Source: Fistulifera solaris | Taxonomy: Eukaryota | Direction of reading: 5' to 3' | DNA: 64,000 nt | Assembly (NCBI GenBank): GCA_030295235.1 | Contig: AP026134.1 | Span: forward strand, 806,001-870,000 | Shown here: one piece after another, positions 36,901 to 48,595 of the stretch | Layout: every line of letters begins with the position of its first letter | How positions within the stretch are numbered: the stretch's first letter is position 1 | The notes under the pieces: generated by a model | What the model was told of the DNA's origin: nothing | What the model saw: only the letters and a program-made list of their open reading frames with translations | Databases searched by the model: none | Translations under genes and position numbers: made by a program

Positions 36901-37201
36901 AACACAAGCAGCTGCTGATCGTGTGCGCCGCGAGTACAAGCGTGAGCACAAGGCTGTTGCCCGCGAATTGCGAATGGATGCAACCATGGTCGAGAATGAA
37001 CGTCGACACGAGAAACAATCGAAGGATTCGATCGAGCGAGCTAAGAGACACAAGGCTTTTGCTTGGATGGAAAATGAGCAGGCCACAATGAACCAGCAGG
37101 TTCGACAGGGTGGCGGTCTTCTCCAAGGTGGTGGTATGGGGGCCGCCAAAGCAAAGGCTGCTTCCGGCAAGCTAGGAATCAAAAAGGGTGGAAAATTCTA
37201 A
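33978..37201 (+). CDS. NOP14: Nucleolar protein 14 with an inserted Tudor-like domain (intron 35492-35728; frameshift near 36355)
   Basis: SNPFE, ANVFADNRIGE, LTHRGK, ASDRTKTPEEIAKEEAERLHKLETRRLARMNG, IPFVFEVP, FPSTDLRHQIVTP, REYKREHKAVARELRMD. Confidence 0.95.
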
Positions 37202-37336
37202 GAATCAAAACGATGGTGAGAAATGACAAGCATTGCATTTAGGTTGAGCAACTATTTAAGTTTGCGATTTTCAGTCGTTTATTGTAATTATGATAGATGT
37301 AGACCTCATGTAATATTTCATTGCGGAAAGTCTTGG

Positions 37337-38022
37337 TTACACCCCAAATAACTGTGGCGTGAATACTAAGCCAGCTATGGCCAAACAGATCGCGGCCGCT
37401 TCCAGGCTTTCTTCGTCAAAGGCCGCCTCTTGCTCCACCGCTTTGATTTCCGCACTCTTGACCATACTTTCAGCTTTTTGAAAAAGTCATCTGCATCTGT
37501 AGTAGATGCCTTTTTCTTGTCGGGCTTTAGATGAGGCAATTCCGGCATATCCGCCTCAAGTTCTGGGAACAGAGTAGGATCTGGCGTGTTTTGTTTCAAA
37601 AGATGTAATTGCATATCGAGCTCTTCTTCGATAACGAGCTGGTTGAGAGCTTCTTCTGAGGCAACAATATTATCACTTCCAAACATGAACTTTTGTAGTC
37701 GTTTTCTGTGAAGATCTAGAAGAATGTTGCGTCAGTTTCAGTACTTCGACACGTCGAGCGATCTTTCCTTTTCGCACTCACTATTTCTGAGATGTTCCAT
37801 TTCTTCAATGCTGCACTCTCCAAAGTTCTCAGCGCACTGTTTCGCACGTTCCATATCTACAGACTGATAGTCTTCCATTGGATCGTATGCAAGGCCGTGG
37901 GTATCCTTTTCGATATCCCACATGACAGTGCGAGCTCTGCCTCCGAGTCCGATTGGTTTGACGACGAAAGATGAGACAGTGAATGATCCAGTGAGGATGA
38001 CACAAATGATGCGGGTTAGCAT
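37337..38022 (-). CDS. Uncharacterised plastid-targeted protein with a C-terminal TM (intron 37716-37781; frameshift in the last exon)
   Basis: Signal peptide plus VSSF. VDMERAKQCAENFGECSIEEMEHLRN|NLHRKRLQ; C-terminal AAICLAIAGLVFTPQLFGV*. Confidence 0.65.
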
Positions 38023-38563
38023 GTTTCGTTACACTGAATGGTATTTGAGGACGACTGCTATTTTGAGGGAATTGTTAGTTATTTGAGCTCAGAAGTGAGA
38101 AAGCGCTCACATGGCAAAGCGATGAAAGATCTTGGACGAGGTTCTCTTTCTTTGCGTTCTTCGCAAAAATAATGTGAAAGAAATAATGCGAACGCAGATG
38201 TCATACATGACGTCACGAAGATTATTGATTGCTATTCAGTCCCGTTAAAATTGGCGACCGTGTTTACCGTACGCAACAAAATCCTATTCATTGTTCACAG
38301 CCATGGATGCTAAAAATGACGACGTAGCCTAATCCTAATCTTCAATCGTTGGGCTGATGTGTTATGTTAAGCAGCAAAATACCGTCAAGTTCGCTTCATG
38401 GCTTAGCATCAAAGTGTAATAACGGTGTGATGTATCATGTATCCATACTTTTCGTCTCCTAGCAACCGGCCGTCGATCACTACGTACGCATAGAGCTTTC
38501 GAATGAATTTGTTTATTCAGTAGTTTTGATGCAGTTTACGAAAGAAGTAAACGACCCTTATAT

Positions 38564-39742
38564 CTAGCGCATTGGACGAAGGCGGGCTTTGCCATTACCT
38601 CTTCGCGAAATTCTTTCTTTGTAATCAATGGCGCGACTGCTTGGAACAAAAGTAATGTCTTGCAAGTCCGGGGGTTCCAATTTTCCGAATCTTCGCTTCA
38701 ATGGAGAAAGGATTGCTGCAGCTGACGGCTTCCAGAATACCGCGTTCTTCTTTTTATTCCAAGCATCCTTGTCCATAGATGCCAATACATCCCACATGTT
38801 AAAGACTTCCACGTCTTCGGGCTTGTCCGGTATGTTTCGTTTCGGCTGACGTTGTTTGAGCTGATTCCATGCTGCCTCTAGATCTTCATAGTTAAAGAAG
38901 AGTGGCGTTTCTTGTCGTTGACCCGTAATCAGTCCCTTGATAGGATGTCGTTTCCTTAACGCCGGACAATGGAAGACAGGAATACCAGTGTATCCTTCCA
39001 TATGCGCCGTACCCGGAAGAGCCGTGGTGGCTCTTTTTCGTTCTCGTTTACTACGGCGGCGCATAATATTAAGTCCCTCCAAGGCCGAATTCCCCATTAT
39101 AGCAGTTTGTGCGTCTTGTGCAGCTGTTTCACTTTGCAGCCCCACTCGTTCTCTTCCCTTGCAGCGGGCGGCGTAAAACAGTTGACGTTTGGGAGGTACA
39201 ACTTTGTAACGTAGCGATGCACCCTGAGACGTCTCAAACTTTCCAGTGAGAGCATCCGCGGGCGCACCGGTGGGTAATCCATTTCCCATGTTGGTCGCTT
39301 GACGCAGTGCACGAGTCAAGCTGAGTGAAGTAACGCGAATATCAGCAGATTGCATGGAATCCATTTGTTTCATTTCCGCATGAGCCGCAATGGCGTCGTC
39401 TGGGTCCATGTAGTACAAAGCTACAGTCCGAACTTCGTTCTGCTCTTCGGAAACGCTCTGGGGGTTGGAAGTAGAAGCAGCCCTCGATTCTTGCACAACT
39501 TCATCCAAATCACTTAATTTTTCCATGCTCATGTAGGGACTGCCCCAAGGTGTTGTAACTGCAAAGACCGGATGACCAGCCACGCGTTCGTAGGGAGTGC
39601 GTGCATACGTTGCCGACCCAAACAACGAGCCGAAATTCAAGAATCGGCGCGTCGATGTCAGCACGGCGTTCGGCAAGTTTTCGGCAGCGACCACTTCGGT
39701 TGCTAGCAGTGCAAGTAGCAGAGGAAGAAGCTTCTGCTTCAT
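38564..39742 (-). CDS. TIC22: Tic22-like plastid import protein
   Basis: Signal peptide MKQKLLPLLLALLA. ERVAGHPVFAVTTPWGSP, LYYMDPDDA, GIPVF, TPLFFNYEDLEAAW, ITFVPS. An upstream in-frame ATG at 39796 is also possible. Confidence 0.8.
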   Translation of the reverse strand: MKQKLLPLLLALLATEVVAAENLPNAVLTSTRRFLNFGSLFGSATYARTPYERVAGHPVFAVTTPWGSPYMSMEKLSDLDEVVQESRAASTSNPQSVSEEQNEVRTVALYYMDPDDAIAAHAEMKQMDSMQSADIRVTSLSLTRALRQATNMGNGLPTGAPADALTGKFETSQGASLRYKVVPPKRQLFYAARCKGRERVGLQSETAAQDAQTAIMGNSALEGLNIMRRRSKRERKRATTALPGTAHMEGYTGIPVFHCPALRKRHPIKGLITGQRQETPLFFNYEDLEAAWNQLKQRQPKRNIPDKPEDVEVFNMWDVLASMDKDAWNKKKNAVFWKPSAAAILSPLKRRFGKLEPPDLQDITFVPSSRAIDYKERISRRGNGKARLRPMR

Positions 39743-40106
39743 ATTGATGTGTCCTGTGTTCGCTAAGGTCGGTGAATTAGATGATAGCACAGACATGCCC
39801 CTCGAAAAGTCATGTTTTTGTTTGCCGCCTCAAAGATAATCATCTCACATCATCATTACACTTGGAAGTGTGGGGAAATTGATCGGCTTCAGTAGTACCG
39901 AATCGACGTAAGTCTGTTAAGATTTACTCGTGAAGACGTACCACATATAACAAAGACCATTGCTGTATTATTGAAATAGTAGGAGGCATGCCGAAACGCT
40001 CGCGAGCACGAGCGACGAGGCAGGCGGAAATTTTGCTTTGCAATACTTGTACCAGGTAACCGATGCGTTGCATTGTAGTCTTCCATACAAATGCAACAAG
40101 AGCAAA

Positions 40107-43100
40107 ATGTTTATCACAGAAAAGTTGTTTGGTAGTCGTAGGAATGACGAAGAGGATGGCACAGCGAATGGTTTCTTTATTCAAACGCAACTATTGCCGC
40201 TTCTGATACAGCTGCAAAAGGAAACTCGAGGTCGTCGGTTTCGAGTGAGTATAAGTATATCATTGCAAATCATTGTAGATATATTGCTGTCGTCTTTTAA
40301 CTCTCGTGTTTCTCACATTCTGCTTTCTCTTATAAACAGGAGATCCAAGCGCCACTGCAAGAGGCACTAACTGCCTTGCTGGCTTTTCAAAGTGAGGAAT
40401 GGCCTCCCAAAAAAAGGAATGAAACATCGGATGATAAACGACAAATAGATGAGGACGCTATCGAGGTTTCGACTACAGCAACTGACGTGAGCGAGGTTTC
40501 CGAGGCTTCCGTAGAAGAGGAATCGTCTACAGTTGATGTCCCAGATCAGAATGCGCCAGACGACAATGTGCAAATCAAAGAACCCATGCACGAATCAGTC
40601 ATTGCCGTCTGTGAGGCACTCATGTCCGTGGTGACACATCCGTCCCGTACACCCACTGTTTGTGAACTGGCTTTGGATGGAATAACACGACTGGTAAATA
40701 AAGGATATGTTTCCGGTCGAGCTGGGAGTTCGCGAGAAGAGGCTTCCGAACAATCGTTGCTTCATCGAATCTTGGATAGCGTCACAAAATGTAACGAAAT
40801 GACAGCAACAGTCGTTCAAGCGGCAGTTCTATCAACGCTTCGAGCGATTTTGACGTCTCCCAGATGTGGCGTGCATGAAAATGCGTTGCTGACGGTGTTG
40901 AGAACTACATTTCATGTGTATCTTGTTGTTAATGATGACGCAAATAAAGAAATGGCGAGAGAAACCCTGCAGGATATTCTTAGAGTCGCTTTCACACGGA
41001 TGGAAGAATTCGATCAAAAACATCAGGGATGGAAACCTAAGCAACAAAGTGGTCCTGTATTGGACGATGAGGGTGACGACGCGGACTGTGTGACCTCCCA
41101 AAGTAAAGCGACACAGCTCTTTTCCAGTCAGGGAAGAAAAGGAGGCCACCCTCCCCGACTCAGCCGCATTCCCTTCACAATATCATAGTGACTGCTACGC
41201 TTTGTTTCGAATACTGTGCAAAATGAGTTCAAAAGAGCTTCCTGCGGATACTGCTGACGAACCTGACCGGGCTCGACTTTTATTCGTTTCTTCACAAACT
41301 CAAACCGATCCTTTGGCACTGAACAGCAAAATTCTGGCCTTGGAGTGCATCCTTGTTGCTTTGGAATCGCATTGTGGACCAGCTTTTTGCCAAAGTGATC
41401 GCTTTGGCCATCTGGTTCAGCACTACCTGTGCGTCTCGTTGCTTAAGAACTGTGTTTCCCACCACACGCAAATTGCATTTGTGTCGCAGAAGATCTTTGT
41501 TGTCTTGGTAAGATTTGTTTGCAAGCTTATGTGCTTATTGATGGTCGTTCTTAATTTCCTTTCGCATTCGTAGATTCACAAATTCAAAGGTCAATTAAAG
41601 GAAGAAATAGCTGTGTTTCTTTCCAACGTATTTTTGCGGGTACTCGATTCTCCAAACATGTCATTCAAACAAAAAGCCGTTGTGTTAGAATCACTCCGTG
41701 GGCTCTGTGGAAACCCGTTTTTGCTGACACAAATTTTTCTTCATTACGATTGCGACTTCGATGCTCCGAATCTTTATAAGGATATTGTACATTCGTTGAC
41801 CAAATTGGGAGGAAAAGCGACATCGTCTACCCCTCCAGTGAATAAGAAAGAGGCTGAACAGGAATTTGAGCTCAGCCTCGCAGGTATGGAAGTACTTGTT
41901 ACAATTCTCAAGGCGTTCTTGCAAGCTTTAGGATTGAATGTAGACAGGGAAGAAGACGCGGACGATTTAGCAGGTGGGAAGATCCGTGAGATGCTAAACT
42001 TGAATGTGAAGTTAGCTAGTCAAAACAATCATACAGGCAGTGGTAATAAACAGACATCAGGTGAGAGCGTCGCGTCAAGTGATGTCCTTTCCCAGGCTGC
42101 ACTTCCGAATGCAGCGAAAGTGGTAGAAACCGAATCTAGTGCCGAAGGTGCTGGTCGAATTGTAGATGCGTTTGAGACAAAGCGAAAAGCGGAGCAAAAT
42201 TTCGAGATTGGGGCTGTCAAATTTACTTTGTCCCTAAAAAACGGCTTGCTGTTTTTCATCGAAAACAATTTCGTTGATTTAGATGCTCGCGCCATTGCGC
42301 GCTTCTTCCCTAGTAAACAGAGACAAACTTGACAAGACACAAATGGGCGAAGCACTAGGACGCGAGCCTGATGCTGCTTTTGTTAAAGAAGAAGGCGTTG
42401 ATGCAGATAAAGGCGGGCCTGGATTTTGGCTTCGCATCCTTCATCATTACGTGGACGCCCAGGAATTCACTGGACTTATGTTTGACGATGCAATCCGGTC
42501 ATTCCTTTCAGGCTTTCGGCTACCTGGAGAGGCACAAAAGATAGATCGCATCATGGAAAAATTTGCAGAAAGATTCACAGCACAGAACCCTGAAGTATTT
42601 CCCTCTGCTGATACTGCCTTTATCCTTGCATTTTCCGTGATAATGCTAAACACTGATCTTCATAACCCAAGTATCAAGCCGGAAAAAGGATGACGGCCGA
42701 CTCTTTTGTGAAGAACAACAGAGGCATTGGCGAGAACGGAAGCGATCTGCCCGAAGACTTCTTAAAGGCCATATTTGAACGGATCAAAGAAAGACCATTT
42801 AGCCTGAAAGAGGATGATTTGGCAAGAGAACGTGCTGGCTTCCAGACTCCAAGACAAATTTTTGACGCATCCACATTTTTTGACGGTTCTGCTCTTTTGG
42901 TGCTGCCGATACTGAGGAGAAGAAGCGAGAACGATTCAAGCAGGAACGAGATGAAATGATGGCTGCAACTCAAAAGCTTATTCGTCAGAGACCAGCTAGT
43001 TCCGAAAAATCTTCCTTGGATGCATCCAAGCTGACGGACTCTATCCCTCCTGGTGATGTAATTAAGCCTATGTTTGACGTTACATGGGGTCCGATGATCG

Positions 43101-46100
43101 GTATTTTATCGCAAGTCCTCGAGTGTTCAGACGATTGGCGCATGGTCTCCGTCTGCCTCCACGGATTTCAATACGCAGTCAAGCTGGCTTCTCCAAATCA
43201 CATGTCTCTAACACGTGACACTTTTGTATCATCTCTGGCTAAGTTTACGTTTCTTGGCTCGATCAAAGAAATGAAGCAGAAGAATGTCGAGAGTATTCGA
43301 ACGCTATTGGAGATTGCGATATCAGATGGCGAGCACCTCGGTGATAGTTGGGGATCTGTGTTACAATGCATATCTCAACTAGCTAGACTTCGATTGAGTG
43401 CGTCTGGGCTTGATTCAGACGAAACCTTTTTGATAGAAAAGGAAAAGCTCAAGCCTAGCCCTACTGCCACTAAGATGGGCGGCTTCTTTCGTTCAAGTTC
43501 TTCACGAAGCCAGCAATTCAAAAATCGATTCAGCGAGGGAAACCGAAGAAATGAATGGACGGGCTGTTCTCGAGTCAATACAGGAAGTGCTGATTGACAA
43601 AGTATTCTCTTCGACTGTGAACTTGTCAGCTCGAAGCCTGGCACATTTCATATCACAGTTAATTGTTGTCTCTTCCACCGAAATTGATGGCTCATCGCAT
43701 AGAAGTATTGCGGGCGTTGAATCTCTGAGTGGTACCGCAGCAATGTCAGACGCAAGTAGGAGAGGCAAAGGAGATGGACCAAGCATTTTTTCTCTGCAAA
43801 GACTTGTCGATGTCGCCGATTACAACATGGACGTTCGACCCAGACTGGTCTGGGCTCAAGTATGGGAGTTGATGGCCGACTATTTTGCCCAGAATGCTTG
43901 TCACTCGAATGCAATGGTGAGCGTTTTCGCGATCGATTCCCTCAAGCAATTAAGCTTTAAGTTTTTAGACAAGCCGGAGCTCGCCGAGTTTAACTTCCAG
44001 AGGCTTTTTCTTAATCCTTTCTTGGTGGTGATGGAGAACAAGAACAGCAGAGAAGACATTCGTGATTTGGTTCTGCAATGTGTCGACAACATTATCCGAA
44101 CCAAGGCGTGCAATCTTAGAAGCGGCTGGAAGGTCATTTTTCAATTATCACATGCTCCGCAAACGACCCAAGCGAAAAAATTGAAGCACTCGGAATTGCA
44201 ATACTTCAACGGTTACTGGACGAGCACTTAGACGATGTGTTCAGAGTTGAAGGATGCACAGACGCTTTGCAGGAAAACGCGAACCTAACTATCACCGAGA
44301 AACGACACAGAAACGTTCACGCAGAAGATTTTGTAAATCTATGCAAGACATCCCTTTCCTTTGTGATAAAGGAAGAGTCCGACTTACCGCGTTCAGTTGG
44401 GCTGTCAATGAGGGCTCTTTGTCATACTGCAATCTACGCCGACTTACTGGCGGCACGTCGTGTTTTGCCCCCGGAAACCAGTGTTCAGGTAAGTTATTCT
44501 TATGAGCACCGACTCAATGTTGTTGATTCACAGTTCCCCGTCTCACTTCATCGTTTATTTTTCAGTTCGATAACGAAGTAGGTCTTGGCTTTACTTATTC
44601 AGGACTCTCGCAAAAAGAAGCATTGGAAATGGTATTGTGGCGGCCAATTTTCGACGGTCTTGCAAAGGGGTTCAGATACTGGCTCGAGGAGACGAGGGTG
44701 GTTTCGGGTGTCTTATTGCTCGGTCTAGCTTGCTGGCAATCAGAGCAATCTTGTTGAGGCATTATGATATCTTCACTGCTAGTCAGCACGCCGTGATTCT
44801 TGATCAAACAATAATTCCGTGCTTTCAGGCCGCTGTTGAGAACGATAAATCGCATGTCATCAGAATAATATCAGAATCACCTACAGTTTCTAACGTGGAT
44901 TTCGTAGAAACACCTTTACCACCCCCACCTCCGTTTGACGACCCTAAGCTATCGTTGTTCGGAGAAATGACGTCTCAGAAACGAAAATTGGGACCCGCAG
45001 AACTCATGCTTGAAGCAAGCTTTACGGATCTGCGGCATGGTGGTGACGGAGATCTTCGTTTTGCCTACGAACTCGCCAAGAGAGATGATGTCGCTAGTTA
45101 TGAAAACAGCGTGCAACCCTTCCCGGATAGTTGGATCGCAACAACTGCTGTCTTCGCCCTGGGACTTTTGACGGATGTTACTTCTCTCATTCTCACCGAA
45201 ATGCCGGTTTCAGACATAGGTACACTTTGGCCGATCATTGCGCAGGTTTACAAATTGTGGTTTGTTGGAAAGCAATCGCCGCAAACATGGCACCCTTGTG
45301 AGGCTCTCATCCGCATCTCGTGTCAAGAAATGGGGAGATTGTCTGAGCGGATACTTGAAAAGAGACGAAGCGAATTCTGGATGTCTCTACTTTCTTCCAT
45401 CTACCACGACCTTTTGAAGGAAAGCCGAGCAAGTCAGGAGAATGGGCATCGAGATTTGCTAACTAGGAAGGAAGCAGGTGTTGCCAGACCGGCGATGCCA
45501 AGTCCAGCGGGACAACTGTCGAGCGGCGTCGGCTCAAAGATCGAAACGGTGTATGGCATCGGAGATATTGTAGAAATACGACAAAGTGAGACGGACAAAG
45601 AACCAGAAATTCTCGTTATCACTCTGCAGTGGAATGCGACACTTTTCTTTACAAGAAAAAAGGAACAAAATATTGAGCACAACGAAGAATCTAACGATAT
45701 AGAATCTTTGGAGACAGAACAAGGTACGTCTTTCAACTGTCGTATGGAACAGACATTGTGCATACCCGATCTGATGCATTTTCCCTCAGCACCACCTATG
45801 GCTTACTATGAGGCAACTGTGCCTTTTCTGAAAGTCCGATGCATTGGTGCATTCTGTTTGAATCAGGCGATTCTTTCAACGCTTCCCCTTTTGATTCCAA
45901 AGTCGACAGACCACGAACTTGTGTCGTCTTTGCTGCAAGGCGTGCTCGAATCTCGCAACATAGCTGCCGACTTATCCGCTGATGAAAATATCGCCACAGC
46001 TTTCCAGGAGTCTTTGGTCAGCGATTGGGGCGACGGCGTTGCCATGCCTGATATCGAGTCTGCCGCGCGAGAGTCGTTGCACCATGGAAGTGCGGTTTTC

Positions 46101-46535
46101 TTTCTCGCGCAGGAAGCTGTTGCTGCCAAAGCAGCAGTTCAACTTCTTTCTATGCTGTATGTATGTCCCAGCATGGAAAATGGTTGGTCAAAGCCTGACT
46201 TTGCCGAACCATTTTTATTGGAATTTTTCCAGGATACCATGCAGAAATTTTTAGATTCCGAATACCTTCAGGGCCATCTAGTGGACCCAAATGCTTGGCG
46301 ATATGCCGGTGAGCGCAGTGGAAAGCCTGCCCTGTACTGCACCTATTTTGTTCCAGTCATCAAGGAACTTCTGAAAATGGTCAACGACATGTCGATGGGG
46401 CAACTCGACCGTCACAAACAAATCTATTTTCCCACGTTATGTAAACTGATCCGCGTCCGAAGCGAGGATATTCGCTGTTTGGTCCAAGAAATATTTGAAA
46501 CAAAGATAGCACCAATGATTGGCGCGACTGTGTAA
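40107..46535 (+). CDS. BIG: BIG1/2-type Sec7 ARF guanine nucleotide exchange factor (introns 40245-40339, 41508-41573, 44489-44565, probably 45724-45789; about six frameshifts)
   Basis: DCB/HUS (QIFLHYDCD), Sec7 core FRLPGEAQKIDRIMEKFAERF...AFILAFSVIMLNTDLHNP, HDS domains FSLQRLVDVADYNMDVRPRLVW, FAIDSLKQLSFKFL, NLRSGWK. Confidence 0.95.
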
Positions 46536-47193
46536 CATAGATAATCAACTCGTACAAGGGAAGCCATGTTAATTGAACCCCAACCCAGTGTTCGAAGCAG
46601 TGAACTTAATTTTGACTTCGAGATTATTATCTTGACACTTGTGTAGACTGCTTCAATGCATTTCAGCAAGAGCGAATCTTCTGTCTTGAAGTTAATTGTG
46701 ATTTTTATGTTCTCTCCTTAGCGCCTTGCTTAAGCGCTGGTGGAGGCACAACGGTAGCCACCTGCCAAATGTCGCATACGACATATCCAACCAACACTAT
46801 TGCTTTTCGGTACTGATGATGCTTAAGCACTAAACGTAATCACTACAGGCAACTGTTGTATGTGACAATTGGTTTGGTACTAAGAAAATCGAACGTAGTC
46901 TTGTATCAAAACATTTAGCTCTTAGAAAAATTGTACAACGGCTCTTACCCAGGGGAACGGACAAGGCGTACTGGCGAAAGTGACCGAAAACCTTGCCCAA
47001 AACAGGGGATCGGTGACCAGTCCAATGCTTATGTTTTCACATCATCAACCTCATTCTCAAGGCCACCCTTTCATTTATTTTCAAGTGCTTGCACATGGGA
47101 AAACAGAAAGTAGGCTTTACTATCGATCCTTGTCACTGCTTTGTTTTTTATTTTGTTGTCTTTGCGGGAGTCGTTAGCAGTACGGATTTAACC

Positions 47194-48492
47194 ATGACTG
47201 TTTTTGAGTTCGGTAATAATATTCGCATTGATTTAGAAGACTATCCACCGGCACCGGTGACTTGGTTGACCGCTACAGTTGACACGGTTTGCTCTTTATT
47301 GCCATGTACTGACTGGAGAGAATCCCTTGGAGTTCAAGACGACCCGTGGCTCTCTATGAGAGTCCCTTCTCTGAAAGAAGCTAGGCCAGATCTGTTGTCG
47401 TATTCTCAATTTTGTCAAGACACTGGCCTCCCAAAACATCCGCTTCTTCACTTTATCAATACGCTTTTGAGACGCCTTCGACGACACTGGGAGATCTTGG
47501 AAATCAATCGGCACTTGTGGCTACTCTAGCGGTTCTGATTGTTTTGAGACTCGTGAAATCGGTCTTGTTGCCGCTATTCAGCTCCTACGGACGTAAAGCT
47601 GGGAGACGCACACACGGTGTTCAGTGGGAGAAACATAACGAAGAAAGAATTCAAAAGTTCGGGGAATATGTTTATCGACTGATTTTCCACTCGGTGATTT
47701 CTATTTTCGGAATCCTTTACTTCCGAGATACCGAATGGTGGCGCCGAGAAGGACTCAACTTTGTCGGTACAAAGTCTCTATTCGAGAACTATCCGCAGCA
47801 GTCCATTTCGCCGAGTCTGGCATGGTATTATATCGTTCAAGCCGCGTATAACGCAGATGCTATGATCTCGCTACTCGAAATCAGCTTTGACGTGCATTTT
47901 CAGAATCCGTTCGCCAAGTCCAAGTTTCAATCGCCTGTCGCTTTCCGTTGGAGCAAAAACGTGCGCGGAGACTTTTCAGAAATGTTTGTACACCACATTG
48001 TGACCAACGCGCTTTGTTTCGGTAGTTCCATCTGTCGATTGAATCGCGCAGGCAGTATGGTGTTCCTTCTTCATGATATTTCAGATGTACCTGTCGACCT
48101 CAGCAAGCTTGCAAACTTTTTGAAATGGAAGGTAACCACCATTGTCTTCTTTGCCACTATGACACTGACATGGATGGTAACTCGACTCTACCTCCTTCCC
48201 TTTGTCATTTTTTTCGGCTGCATTACGTTACTCCCACTACACTATGCAAACCGGAATGAACCCCATGCTTTGGGTGTGTTATCGTCACTTTTTCTATGTT
48301 ATGTTATCGGTTCTCATTCTCCTTCATCTTTCATGGTTCACCATGTTCATTCGCATGTTTCTTACACTTGTTACAAAAAATGAGTGCCATGACTACTCAG
48401 AGCATAAGAACGGCGAAAAGAGCCATCTCAACGCTAGTACAACGAATGGGTCGAGTGTCGGGGTGAAGAACGGAAAGAAGAAAACGAGCTAA
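47194..48492 (+). CDS. LAG1: Ceramide synthase, LAG1/TLC family (frameshifts near 47410 and 48212)
   Basis: KFGEYVYRLIFH; Lag1 motif RGDFSEMFVHHIVTNAL...GSMVFLLHDISDVPVDLSK; WMVTRLYLLP; C-terminal KKKTS (di-lysine ER retrieval-like). Confidence 0.92.
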
Positions 48493-48595
48493 ACTCTTTT
48501 AAACATAAGAATCAACGTAAAGCTCTCTATTGTACAGCAATCGTGCAGTCTAATATTTGGGGTGAAATCTCGAGAACCGCCATGTCTACTGTATT

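Noticed and set aside
40107..46535. BIG and other split genes as pseudogenes or multi-gene operons
   Set aside because: Catalytic motifs are intact and fragments rejoin by GT-AG introns or single homopolymer indels, consistent with assembly error.
46738..46800. tRNA D-arm-like string GGCACAACGGTAGC
   Set aside because: No T-arm (GTTCRA), anticodon arm or acceptor stem at the proper spacing.
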